This document shows positions 11,517 to 24,025 of a stretch of 64,000 nucleotides of DNA, one piece after another. How positions within the stretch are numbered: position 1 is the first letter of the stretch; each line of letters opens with the position of its first letter. The stretch comes from Anthoceros angustus (taxonomy: Eukaryota; Plantae; Anthocerotophyta): contig VJWM01000193.1 in NCBI GenBank assembly GCA_010909165.1, forward strand, positions 62,001 to 126,000, in the 5' to 3' direction. Made by a program: the position numbers and the translations under genes. A model generated the notes under the pieces. The model was not told the origin of the DNA. It was given only the letters and a program-made list of their open reading frames with translations, and made no database searches.

Positions 11517-14213
11517 ATGGCTGCTACGATGACTACGCTCTCTGCCAACAATGTGATCTGCCTCCTCACCGATCCAGAGGGCAGACCTCTCGGCTCCCAG
11601 CTTGACTTGCCACAGGATGCAGGACCCCGTGAGCTGCAGATGCTCATAAATAGTCTGCTTGACAATGTAAGGGGCTCTGATTTGATTCCGCCTCTTTCTG
11701 CAGCATTCCTGCCACCGTGTAAGCTGGATTTCGGCATGTGTTTGATTTACGTATGTGAATCGGGTTGTGTGATGCCAACTGTAACTCCTGCGAGTGGTGA
11801 CCATAGAATTTGTCATGTCAATCAGGAAGAGAAGCTGCCATATGCCTTCTACGTCAATGATCAGGAACTTGTTGGTCAACTTGGAGCTCATTTGTTGAAA
11901 AACCAAGGTTTGATGCACCTGATTATGAGAATTGCTGATAGGTTTCTGGTGGGCGTGCTCTTCTCTGACTCTCCTTTTTGTCTTTCGTACCATCTCAGTA
12001 TCCGTTGAGCAGGTTCTCCACATTGTCTATCAGCCCCAGGCTGTGTTCCGAATTCGCCCGGTAACTCGTTGCTCAGCAACCATCTCTGGTCAGTGAAAAG
12101 CCGATTGTCCTTCGACCTTGCCAGCGTTTGTCTGTAGTTTAGAATCATCGTTCGGGTGCTAACTAGTTTATCAATTCATATTTGTGTTACAGGTCACACA
12201 GAGGCTGTATTGTCGGTATCCTTCAGTCCAGATAGTCGGCAGTTGGCCAGTGGCTCTGGTGATACAACGGTGAGGTTTTGGGATATCTATACACAGACTC
12301 CGCTTCATACGGGGACAGGTACGGTAGTAGGTGTGAGAGGACTTTTGTATGAGCAGTTGCAAGTTTACTTCTGCTCAGGTTGCATCCAGAGGGAATTGTT
12401 ACAACAACTCTATCCAGCACTGACGCTGCCCTGCTCTTCGGTACAGCACACAAGAACTGGGTTCTCTGCATTGCTTGGTCACCAGATGGCAAGCAACTGG
12501 CAAGTGGCAGCAAAGACGGGGAGATTAGGCTTTGGGATCCAGCCACTGGCAAGGCAGTTGGAAATGCACTGCATGTATGCACCTTTGGCTCCTTCTTTCG
12601 TCCTGTGTTTGAGTTGTCTAAGCGCTACACTTGCACTTTCTGCTGGATGGCTCACTTGGTCAGTCTTGTATTATTCCTTTGACCAGGGCCATAAAAAGTG
12701 GATTACCGCTCTTGCATGGGAGCCTGTGCATCTTCAGGCTCCTTGTCGGCGTTTTGCGAGCGCGAGTAAAGATGGTGACATCAGAATCTGGGATACTGTT
12801 ACACGGAAAACCATTATCTGTTTGACAGGACACACTCTATCAGTCACCAGTGTCAAGTGGAGTGGCGACGGGCTCATATACTCAAGGTATGAGGGGAGCC
12901 TCACTTTATGGTGCTGCGCGTGATGATGGTTTAGTAAAGTTGAATACTTTGTGGAGGTATTAGGCCGTATGGAGGGTGATCCCTGTTTTTGACGTTTGTA
13001 GCTCACAGGACTGCACGATTAAAGTATGGGAGACCTCCCAGGGCAAATTAGTTAGGGAACTTAAGGTACGTGGTTCTGTCCATGTGTTGCAGTGCTTTGC
13101 TTTGCTTTTCTCGCTGAGTGAGGTCTTCAGGATCATTGCCCGTACATTTTTTTGATTTAGGGTCATGGACATTGGGTAAATACCTTAGCTCTCAGCACGG
13201 AGTATGTGTTAAGGACTGGGCCATTTGATCATTCCAAGGAGGAGTATGCGACACCTGAGGAGATGAGGAAGGTAGTCACTCACTGAGTAGGGGATCATCT
13301 TCTGGCACTCTTGTCAGTGTAGTGGCAAAATATTTCTCCTCTCTTCAGCTTGTAGCTTTCTAACGTCATATAACAAAACCCCTGTAGGCGGCATTGGTCA
13401 GATATACGACAGCCAAGCGGGACTCACCTGACAGACTTGTCTCAGGGTCAGATGACTTCACAATGTTCATGTGGGAACCAGCAACCACAAAGCAACCGAA
13501 AGCTCGAATGACAGGACATCAGCAGGTACTTGCTTCAAACTTTCACCAGCTCTTCACAAGCTCTGGAACTTGCTGTCGCTCTAAAATGGCCTTATCGTTT
13601 CTCAATATTTGATTCATAATACTGTCTGCAGCTAGTGAACCACGTGTACTTTTCCCCGGATGGTCGATGGGTTGCAAGCGGATCGTTTGACAAGTCGGTG
13701 AGACTGTGGGATGGCTACTCCGGAAAATTTGTTGCCACATTTCGAGGTCATGTAGGACCGGTCTATCAGATCTGGTAGGTCATCACCACTCATAGATTTT
13801 CTTTATTTCCCAATTACTTTCTTGTCTAACCAGGAGGTTTGGCTTATGAGCAGCTGGTCAGCAGACAGCAGACTCTTGCTAAGTGGGAGTAAAGATTCAA
13901 CTCTTAAGGTAGATTGTTCTGCAAAACTGATTCTTGTGCAGTTTGAGGAAATATGGAGTGGACGTGCTGAGAATTTGCTTCTGATGAACAGATTTGGGAC
14001 ATGCAAACTAGAAAGCTAAGGGAAGACCTTCCAGGCCATGCTGATGAGGTGAGGACAATTTTTTGCTATCTGTCTGATCAAGTCAAAAGGATGTGATTTG
14101 CGACGACTTATTCGCCGTCGCTAATTCAGGTGTTTGCGGTTGACTGGAGTCCTGATGGTCAGAAGGTCGCATCGGGAGGAAGGGATAGAGTTTTAAAACT
14201 TTGGATGAGCTAA
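11517..14213 (+). CDS. NLE1: Notchless homolog (NLE domain plus WD40 repeats; 60S ribosome biogenesis), multi-exon
   Basis: N-terminal VICLLTDPEGRPLGSQLDLPQDAGPRELQMLINSLL, EEKLPYAFYVNDQEL, GHTEAVLSVSFSPDSRQLASGSGDTTVRFWD, GHKKWITALAWEPVHLQAPCRRFASASKDG, RLVSGSDDFTMFMWEP, C-terminal FAVDWSPDGQKVASGGRDRVLKLWMS*. Confidence 0.95.
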
Positions 14214-14415
14214 CACTTGCCGGAGATAGTGCGATTGCCTTTCACAGGCAATGCTGAAATTTTGTAGCTTTTAGTTCTGAGCCTTTTGGGTTCATCCTTG
14301 GTAAATGCGTGGCAGGTAAGTTCACTATTTGTAAGTATATGCGATCCTTACCTCACAGACACGAGGATACGAGGTTGTAATGTTTACGGTTAACTTTGAG
14401 CGTGGAGAACAAAAT

Positions 14416-16700
14416 TCAAGTACCTTTCTCACGTGGTTGCCAGGATGTTCTCTGGCAATGCAATATTTTATCCTTGCCCATGGGACCACTTTCTGTGTCA
14501 TCTATGTGAGTTTTCCAATGAAGAGAATCAGCAATACCCCTGATTATCAGGATCGCTGGTTTCTGTTCACGGATGATAGCAAAGCCTCCAGGTCGTAGCA
14601 AGCGGTGCATCTCCAGAACAATGTCCGTCCACGCACACCTGTGGCACGCAGGAGTAAAGTAAGTTAAAAGGTCGAACGGGGAAGGGGAAGCAAGAGGTGA
14701 AGTATCAATGCAACTTTAGCACCATACCTGTGAGGGGAAGAAAATAAGCGAGAAGCATGTAACATGTCAAAAGAATGTGGTCGGACCGGTAAAGCTTCAC
14801 ACCTTCACAAGCACCGCTCACCAATGGTTAGCTGCAGTTACAAAGGGTGACAAGCATGTTTCCAGGAAAGAAGAGCTGTGTGTGCAAGACTGACCAGTCA
14901 TGATACATTCCCAGGAGCCCACGATCCAGAATTACTGGCAAACGGTCCGGACCATCCACGGGAATGGCACTCAGCACCCACCATGGGATGGAGGGCTTCT
15001 GTAGGGCTACAGCTGCTGCAAATCTGAGGTGTAGATGTGAGCGGCAAGACTGTTAGGGACAAACATGGTGTAATACTCGACGTTGCACTGACTGGGAGGC
15101 AGGCAATGACCCTCACCCTCCATATCCAGCATTCATGTCCATAACGTTGTGTATGTCCTTGATGCGAGACGGGCCGAATCCTCGCAGATAGAAGCTGGTG
15201 ATCATCCTCCAGTAGTTGGTATCAGCTTCATACACCTCTGGCTTTGCAGACTGTATCCCTGCAGCAGGAGCATCTTTCAACCGTGCAGGAGGATTCAGTA
15301 TTCTCAATCTCCAGTCTTCTTCCGGTGCCTGAGTCTGCTCGTGTAGTCCCATAAGGCATGGCTGTAGAGGGACGTTCCTAAAAGGCCAGCATTGTCACAC
15401 AACAAAACAAAAGCAGCTCCCTTCCCCAGGTACCCGACTCGAATACAAGGACACCCGCACAGTACGCACCAAGCAGCATCCAGTGGGATTGTTGCACTGT
15501 CACAAAATGCAGTAGCCCGAGATGAAGTACCGTTGTAGCATCCGGTGTCACTGGGCTTCTGCCACACAGCCAATCCATCCTCCTCTGCAACGAGATTCCA
15601 GCAGATGCTGCGTGCTAGCTTCACAGCTTCTGCCTCAAGAGCCACAAAATGCAGTTCAACCAGCTGAGGGTTTCAGTACTTGGTCATGGTTGTGACGGGA
15701 GATTGTTCCAGTACCTGGCCAACCAGCCCCGCTCTCAGGTTGCTGCTTAGCATATAAGAAGAATCCTCCTGCTCGGAGAATGCGATCTGCTTCTAGCAGA
15801 AGCAGACTTCCTGAGACACAGACAATTCAGGTACCTGCGCATGCCAATCATTTTCCGTGCAGCGTTCCACGCAAATCATAATAGGTAGATTGTGCACCGT
15901 TCTTGAGCCATGTGAGATTGCAGGTTGAACAGTGGAGCAGGTCAAATGCCTGGCTGGAGTAAGGCAATCGATGAGAGGAGAAATGCTGCTCAAGCGTCGG
16001 GTGAGCCCTTTGCACGACTTGCTGTGCTCCATTGTCAGCAATTGACAACGTGAGGACCCCTCGATCTTCCAGGGGTCTAGAAAGACCTCCGTTGCCAATT
16101 TCAAGAACCAGTTTCGTCTTTCTCCCCAATCTCAATCCAGGAACCAGCTTACATGCATCACACACAACACGTCAAAATCAAAATTTTGTTCTCTGTCGGC
16201 GGCAATTTTGAAACAGTTGAAAATTGTTCACCCATCAACAAGTTTATGAGTTACCTTCTCCAAGTAATCAGGATACTTGCTCAGCAGTCCATCCTGCCTC
16301 CCCCCTTTACCGGAGGCCACTTTACGCTCGGCCTGCCTGGTTTCAGCTTTTAGCATAAGGGAGAGAAAGAGGAGAAAGAGGCAGACCTGGCGCTTCTTCC
16401 GCTCCATCGCGCTATGCTATACCACATCAAGGTGGTTCCATAATGCAGACAGGACCATAATCAGTGCGTTCGCAGCGATTGGGTGGAATGTGTGAAATAT
16501 TAGTAGCAGGAAGCCAGGAATTGCAATCTGACAAGGAAGAAGAAGTGGGCAACCAGCTGGGAGAATTCCGTCTTGCAGGAAACGAGTTGCAGACAATTTT
16601 TCCCTACCAAGACGAAGTTGCCACGAGAAAGAGCTGGAGATGGCGTTATTGCTAGTACATGTGGAGCAAGTACTACGACCAAGTGTTGTCATAACAGAAC
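14416..16700 (-). CDS. Probable PMT-family (DUF248/Methyltransf_29) SAM-dependent methyltransferase; 5' end poorly resolved, possibly frameshifted
   Basis: Exons encode RLPYSSQAFDLLHCSTC, ICWNLVAEEDGLAVWQKP, IHNVMDMNAGYGG|FAAAV, LDRGLLGMYHDW, CEALPVRPHSFDMLHA and VLEMHRLLRPGGFAIIRE. I could not read one clean frame at 16250-16700. Confidence 0.8.
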
Positions 16701-17098
16701 AGAACAATGATAGCTACACATGTGTACCGTTTAGACAGGCACGCGGCTGTGCTAACTACCGTCAAGCTCCCAAGTGGGTTTAATGGAATTGTCATAGATG
16801 TGGGCCGTCTCCGTCTGCATGCGTAGAATATGTACATCTCGCTTGCAGGACAACACTCACATGGGCCACCATCAGCTTGAAGAGATATTTGAGTGAAATA
16901 ATGTTAAACAATTTAATGCTTCATTTTGATGGCTAACTAGTTGTACACTAGATCAAAATGAAAAAATTCCCAGCAAAGCATGCCTGAGGGGTCCAGGGGC
17001 ACGCTGCAAGAAATGCAAAGAAAGCCAAGCCAGAGAGCAATGGGTCTTCGCATCGTACGCTTGCGGCTTCCTCGTTGGCTGTGCCGCTCGCAGGGCAG

Positions 17099-20017
17099 CT
17101 ACAGTGGCAACTCCAGAGGAAGACTTGGCAATCTCTCAATTTCAGAAGGTAGGCATGGTAACCTCTTGATGGCCGCCCCCAGCAATCTGAGCTTCTCGTC
17201 AAGTTGCTCATATCCCCTGTCAATATGGCTCACACCCTCGATGTGAGTGGTGCCTTCGGCAGCCATGCCTGCCAGGACCAGAGCCGCGCCAGCACGCAGG
17301 TCGGTTGCTGATACAGGTGCGCCATAGAGCGAGCTGATAACACAATGCCATCAGTACTGGAAGAACGTCACAAGATGCAGAGCTAAAATTGGAAGTCCTC
17401 AACCACATTCAACCATCCCTACAAACAAAGCACTCCAAGTTGCGATCGCAGATTCAGCACATGCCTGCCCTGATCTTTGCCACTGATGGTGGCCACATTC
17501 CTGCTAACTCTCACTTTGGCTCCCAGCTTCTGTAACTCTTCCACTACAACAATCAAGCACTCATATCAGACCATAACCCAACGATCTAAAAAAAAAAGAG
17601 CATGCGCTTCCAAAAGTCTGCTTACCATGCCGCATCCTGCTTTCAAAGACAGTTTCTTCAACAACACTCTGGCCATTGCAGGTTGTCATCAAAGACATGA
17701 GCTGAGGCTGCAAGTCTGTTGGGAAGCCTGGGTATGGACTTGTCTTCATATCACAGCTTCTGAGGTGCTCCGCAGCACTGATCTGCAGATCCCACCGAAT
17801 GGACATTGCTTCACATACACAGACACACTCACACTTGTGTCCCAAATAACCAGGTAACAGCAATGATCTTACCCGCAAGCTGTCAGCAGTCATCTGCTGG
17901 ATTCTGCACCCAGTTGCCCGCAGTTTCTCTATTACCGCTGCCAGGTGACTTGGCACAACTGGGGACATGGAAATGGCGGAGCGAGTGATTGCAGCTGCAA
18001 TCAGGAAAGTTCCTGCTTCAATACGGTCTGGTATTATGGTGAAGTCAGTTGCATGAAGCTGCTTCACACCCTTGATATGAAGGGTATTCGTTCCTGCTCC
18101 ATGGATAATGGCCCCACAAGAAATCAAAAAATTTGCCAAATCAACAACCTCTGGCTCCTGCAGGAAATCCCAAGGGTCAGAGACAGAACAGATCAAAGGC
18201 AAAAAGTGAACAGTCACATATGAATAGCCATCAGAAAAAACAGGGGAGCTACTCACTTGTGCTACATTAGATAGAACAGTTGCACCATCTGCTAAAGATG
18301 CTGCCATCATTAGTGTCTCTGTTGCCCCAACACTTGGATAATCCAGATGGAAGCTTCCACCAACTAGTCTTTTCCCTACAGATGCACGAGCATGTACCTT
18401 ACCTTGCCTGCAATAACACAGAAGGCTCAGTACCCGGAAAATTTGTTCACAAAGAACACATTCTTACAGCCAGCCTAGGTACAACAGTTCAAAAGTCAAC
18501 AGTCGAGAAGTCATCCAATCACCAAACTACCTCAGCGGATGTCTCATTGCATACAGTCCATCCAGAAAACTATCAAAACTGTAGTACTCTTCCCTAGAGG
18601 ACCGAAAAGTGTATGATTCAAACCATGTCAAGCATGACATGAAAGCACTAGTGACTGAACCATATGCTGGGACTAAGCACAGGTTCAGACTCACTATCAA
18701 AAGCTCGAAGACAGCCCGGATTTACTTCAGAAAGCTGTGGATCATCCTGAAAGTTCATGTTTCAGCAACCTAAGTTGGGAAGCTGCTCACCTTTGAGGTT
18801 TGCAGGTTTCCTCCTCAAAGAGGACTGACAGGCTCCGAGAAATTCTCTAGATGCTAGAAAGCTCCAGAATAATTCACGAAGATAGGCACAATGATAAGCA
18901 TGCCAGATCCTGCAGAAGCTGGAACCTGACAAATTGCATACATCCCGATTACAAACCCATGGAGAAGTTCCAGCAGACAAGAGAATAGCAGTCACCACCC
19001 AGAAGCATCCATTGAGACTGTCAGATCCCAGCGATATCCTACGCAATGGTGTTCCCACCGCTCATCTAAAGTCGAGAAGTACCTGATTTCCACATACGCG
19101 CCAAGGGCTTCCAAGCCTCGCACATGCAGATCAATGGGGCGGGCACCGATGTTGCATCCACCTGGCAGGGGGACAACAGCTTCGCCCTGCCTTCCAACCA
19201 GCGCCCCAATGACAAAAAAGCTAGCACGCAGCTTTCTCACAGCCTCAGGGCAAGGCTGTACACTCGTCAGTTGGCTGGCATCGACAATGATACTGGAGCC
19301 CACTCGCCTCACCCGAGCACCTGTAGACTGCAGGACCTGAAACATCCGCCTGATGTCATGCAGATCCGGGATCATCCGCAGGCTCAAGGGTTCTTTAGAG
19401 CACAAGGCACCTGCTAAAACCGCCAAAGCTGAGTTCTTGGCCCCGCTTATGTTCAAGTGCCCGGACAATGAGCTGCCCCCCGTAATCTCCAAGCATTCTA
19501 CAAGTACATTCGAAGCAGGGATGCCAACCAGGCCGGGGCTCTGTGCCGGTAGCACAGAGCTCTGGCAGGCAGTGTGTTGGACATAGGAGGCAGAACCAGG
19601 CTTGCTCCTCGGCACATGACCTGGAGATGGGGGACTGGCAGGGGTCGGAGGGGTAACAAAGACCTCCGACGCAACTCCCCCATCGTAGGTGTTCACTACA
19701 CCCCGTTTCTTCCACCGCTGCTCAGACCGGCAGCTCTTCCCTGGAGCTACGCTCCTCCACAGATCTCCATCATCCGAGAGAATCAAGTCATTCTGCAGCC
19801 CCCCCCCGCAGGCCAGCAACCGATCTGCTCTAAACCCAGCCGACGACACCTTGGACCCACTAGCCCCGGCACACAAACCCCTGCCACTATACACCGAATC
19901 ACCACACCAAGAAGCCGAGCACGCCCACACCTCCGGAGCCAGCCCAACGCCAACCCCCTGGCCCCCCTCTCTGTGCGGTCCCGACACAAGAAATTTGGAC
20001 TGCACCGAGAGCTGCAT
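17099..20017 (-). CDS. murA: UDP-N-acetylglucosamine 1-carboxyvinyltransferase (MurA) with an N-terminal extension of about 175 aa (probable plastid transit peptide), multi-exon
   Basis: [47 protein letters not shown] (catalytic Cys loop), [87 protein letters not shown]. Introns are GT-AG, plus one probable GC-AG intron at 17334-17464. Confidence 0.96.
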
Positions 20018-20066
20018 CTTCCTCAGAATCCGTGTCCCGCAGCCCGCTCATCCCACTCCATAGCTC

Positions 20067-20294
20067 CTACAACCTGCTCCGGATCCCCAGCCGCGGCATC
20101 CCCGCCGGCGCCCGCTCCTCCCCGAACCTGCGGAATGCCGTCACCCTGTCAAATTCCGCCAGATCCCGCGGCAACGCCAGCAGCACCAGGGGCCGCACCC
20201 TGCCCTCCCCCGCCTCCGCCCATGCCGCAAACCGGGCTAAGCGATACAGCTGAGGCCGCAACGTCCAGTCTTGGAACCCCGATGGCGCACACAT
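20067..20294 (-). CDS. Candidate 75-aa upstream ORF directly 5' of MurA (unknown function)
   Basis: The ATG follows a likely splice acceptor (gtcgcag, about 20312). Third positions in the 3' two-thirds are mostly G/C. The stop lies 50 bp before the MurA ATG, in a different frame. I recognise no homolog. Confidence 0.25.
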   Translation of the reverse strand: MCAPSGFQDWTLRPQLYRLARFAAWAEAGEGRVRPLVLLALPRDLAEFDRVTAFRRFGEERAPAGMPRLGIRSRL

Positions 20295-22284
20295 GTGCGA
20301 AGCCAAAACTGCGACTTCAGAATCAGAAACAAGAACCAACCCGACACCCGCCTACCCTCCCTCTTCCCCCTCCAATTCCAGCCACCCACACTCCCTCCCG
20401 GATCTTGCCCTCCCAAACCCCGGAGCCAAGAAGCGCAAGAACGCAACCCGGACAAGATTGGAAAATCAAGAACGAGCTCGCATTCACGGGGAAGGTGGGC
20501 AAATGGCGGAGGACGCGTGAGGAGAGAGGTGTCAGGCGCGTGGAGGGGGCATTTGAAAGGCTGCCACTTGCGCACCCGGAAGGACAGAGAGAGGCGGGGG
20601 GAGTCGTGGCCCGAGTGAGACGAGACGAGACGAAAGCAGGCGGCAGCAGAAACAGACTCTGATCAGCTCTGGAAACAGAAACAGGCTCTGATCAGCTCTG
20701 GAAACAGAAACAGGCTCTGGTTGCAGAAGCAGAGCAGGAGGACATGGAGAGTGTGCGCGGACGAGCTGGGAGAAGCGTGAGCCGCGCCATGTGGTGAACA
20801 GAGCTGCCCTGTGGCAAGGCGGACCGTCCGAGCTGTAAGGGCACGCCCAGCTCCACTGGCGCGCCGTGGCCAGCGAATCCGGTAACCGATAAAACCAGAT
20901 TGAACGTTGCCGGCGCCCGGGCCCGGGGGCGGGAGAGGGAGAGGGAGACGCGAATCGAATGAAATCGAATCGAGGGACACGCGAATTAGGAATTAGGGCT
21001 TGTTGATTCGCGGTCTGGAGCGAAGGGCGGGCTCCTTTCAACTTTCAAATGAGGGAGACCTTGAGATGCGAGAAGAGAGCGGCTTTCTTTGAATGCTGGT
21101 GATCATCGTTTGATCGACCTCGCCTGCAGCGCTAACCTTCCTGCGGAGTCTGAGTTTCTGATGATCCCGCCTCTGAAGGAGAATCGGAGCTGGATCCAGC
21201 TCCAGCGGCGGAGCGTGTCGAGCGGGGCTTTTTTTCTTTCTTTCTTTTTCTCCTTCTGACATGCTTTGACCGCTTTCGGATTCACGCACTTCCTGTGCTC
21301 GAAGTGTTGTTGGTGTTGCTGAAGTAGCTACGCAGAAAGCCAGAATGGAATGGCTGGTTTTGTTTGGTGTGGCAGAGTACGGAAGGCGGTGGCCGCAACC
21401 GTGTGCGACACGCCGGAGGGCGAGGGTTTGCGAAATCACGACCTCTCCATGGTAGGATAGGGTGTTGGACTAAACTATGCAGGCCGGCAGCGGCTCAGCG
21501 GCTTTCTTCTGGTGCTCCTGTATGCGAGACAGGTTGCGGGAGGCGGATGTGCCAAGTAAGCGGGGGTGCGAGGGGACGTGACCTGGAGGAGAGTAATGAG
21601 GCGACGGTGCTGTCGGCACTGCACTTGGTTGTGGATGATTTGCGGGAAGGAGATGAGGAAGAGAGGAGTCGGAGAGTGGTTGGGGTGGCCGTCCGCCGAG
21701 TACAGTGCACTGTGGTTGATGAGTTGATGGGATGAGATGCTGCAGACACGCCAATGGAGTGCGAGAGCGTGTGTCGCTCTCTGCGTGCTCGCTGGATTGT
21801 AGCCAGGGTTGGGCCTGGGGCTGGCCCGTTGCTGCCTGGCTACTGGTGCTGCGGGACCTGCCACTATGATGCATGCGTGGAGCCATGGATCCATCATGTC
21901 GCATGCGGTCACCGGATGGGATGAAGTCGGAGGAAATAGGCAATTTCGGCGCGCATTCCGTCCTCAACCTCCGATCTGCTTCTATTCCAATAACATCGCC
22001 AACGGGATCTGCAATGTTGAGCTTACGCACTTCTCTGTAGTTTCCTTTTTTGCGACGGTGTTGCGTTGGCCAATAGCGTTCCGGTGGAGGGCCACACCGC
22101 TGGATAAGGCGGGAGGATTCCTTGGAAGGATGGAACAAGTCCTTTGAAGGATGCCTACGGGATACCACTTGCATCAACCAAAAAACTCAGTCGTGTCAGT
22201 CAATGTATGTATGTATTTTTTTCAGAGTGTCGCGAGATGTCCACACACAAGAAAGGCCGGCGGGCCCAAGCCCATGTAGACTTC

Positions 22285-22478
22285 ACGACTTTTACCAGAA
22301 AAAAAGACTGAAACGATGGTTCCTATCCCACCATTGATCATGCGCTTGGACGACTTTTACCAGGAAAAAGACTTGCGAAACGATGGTTCCTATCCCACCA
22401 TTGATCATGCGCTTGGACGACTTTTACCAGGAAAAAGACTTGCGAAACGGTGTTTCCTATCCCACCATTGATCATGCA
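22285..22478. repeat. About 67-bp tandem repeat, about 3 units
   Basis: gatggttcctatcccaccattgatcatgcgcttggacgacttttaccaggaaaa...gacttgcgaaac starts at about 22315, 22382 and 22448. Confidence 0.9.
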
Positions 22479-23422
22479 TTTGCAGGCTGTTTAATTGTGG
22501 AGTTCTTATGTCATTCTGGTATATGGTCCTGTTGAATTGTGAAGTTCTTATGTGATCTGGTATATATACTTAGTGACCATGGGCTTATTAAATTCATTCA
22601 CCAATCATATTATCATCATGATTTTTATATGTATATATTTTACTTCCAAGAATTTATCAGAGTAAAATAATAAATATATTCTTCTCCTCTCTTTAAAATA
22701 ATTAAAATTATTGAGCACATAGGTAGCATGGACTTCCTACGTAGTTTGCTTGTAGGGTTAGTTATGGCATACCTGGTAAGAATAATTTTCTTGCTTGATT
22801 GTTCATGGGCAAGCTTATTTTATGCATATTGTGAAAAAGATATATTGGTGAGCTAGGAAAAGTAAGTTTACTTGGTAATGGGGCTCTTGGTCTAACCTCT
22901 TGCCTTCATCCCATCCAAGGTTGAGCTCTTTTGGGTTGAGCTCTATGGCTATGTTACCTCCATGGAAGCAGTATTAGATTATCTATTAGAGATTGAGCTC
23001 TTTTTGGGGTTGAGCTCTATGGATACGTTGCCCTTCATGGAAGCAGCATTAGCTCAATCAACTTCCAAAATTTCACTCAACTTATGTAGCTGCCCGGAGA
23101 AAATGAGTCTCATCTTCGAGTTAAATGATAAGCTATACTAATAAACCAAGCCTCCAGCAGCGTTGAGGACGCTGGTGGTTGATGCAATCATAGCAGCCCA
23201 TACCACCGCGTCCTTAATGACTTCGGCAACCTTTCCATGTGGCCCACAGGATGTTCACGACAAAAGCAATGTGATTGGTGAGTGGGTTTAACAAGCACGG
23301 CAAATTATGCAGATGGATCATATCTGTGATCGATCAGATGCATGCATGCACCCTGCCCCTCCTGCTCAGATCTTAAATGTAGTACCAGCTGCAGGCAGAC
23401 CAGATCTACTTCCACCGTGACC

Positions 23423-24025
23423 ATGGCCAGTATGGGCGCCGCTATGTTCTTGTGGATCGGGCTGACGGCAGCTGCGGTCTCGGCCATAAGCATGTGTGGC
23501 TCAGCGGCAGAAGTCGAGCCACCCAGCCGAAGAGTGACGGTGTCCAAGACCCGCTACACTCACACGGTGTACTGGCAGGGCCGGAGCGAGCAACCTGGAG
23601 ACGTGGATGCTTACGTCTTACATAGTCCTCCCAATGCAACATCGGAAGGAGAGTTCAGAGAACTCGTTGCATGGGATAGCTGGCTCACAACGCTGCTGGA
23701 TCCCAACTCTACCAAAGTTGGGCACGGGAGAGGGTTAAGCATCTATGACTTGCCGGACCGGGTTGGCCAGATTCTGTATTGGGAAGCCTACTTCGACACA
23801 GACATCGACTTCGGAGGCCTGAGCGTCAATAAAGGCAGTGCTCTCTACTTGACAGGCTTCCATTACACGGCGGATGCTCTTACTGAGCAAGGTTACGAAC
23901 TGGCCACAGTCGGAGGCACTGGATCCTTCAAATACTGCCACGGCTACGATGTGGAGCACAGGGTGCCTCGGCATCCCACCATCATAGAGAAGCTAGAATT
24001 CCACATCATTTGTCATTCCTTCTGA
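23423..24025 (+). CDS. Dirigent-like secreted protein 1 (intronless)
   Basis: Hydrophobic signal peptide (MASMGAAMFLWIGLTAAAVSA). FRELVAWDSWLT...DPNSTKVGHGRG resembles the dirigent FGxxxVxDDxLT...SxxVGRAQG motif, and GSALYLTG plus ELATVGGTGSFKYCHGY resembles RExxIVGGTGxFxxARGY. Confidence 0.75.
   Translation: MASMGAAMFLWIGLTAAAVSAISMCGSAAEVEPPSRRVTVSKTRYTHTVYWQGRSEQPGDVDAYVLHSPPNATSEGEFRELVAWDSWLTTLLDPNSTKVGHGRGLSIYDLPDRVGQILYWEAYFDTDIDFGGLSVNKGSALYLTGFHYTADALTEQGYELATVGGTGSFKYCHGYDVEHRVPRHPTIIEKLEFHIICHSF

Noticed and set aside
17099-20017. MurA or prfB as bacterial contamination or recent HGT
   Set aside because: Both have spliceosomal introns and targeting extensions and are embedded among plant genes.
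19574-20662. 362-aa plus-strand Pro-rich ORF
   Set aside because: Antisense shadow of the GC-rich MurA 5' region; no domain.
20644-20720. 30-bp tandem duplication in the MurA leader
   Set aside because: Simple local slippage duplication with no further structure.
22285-22478. Repeat with an internal palindrome resembling a CRISPR array (likewise the 39-, 43- and 60-bp arrays)
   Set aside because: Units are contiguous with no unique spacers, there are no cas genes, and the context is eukaryotic.
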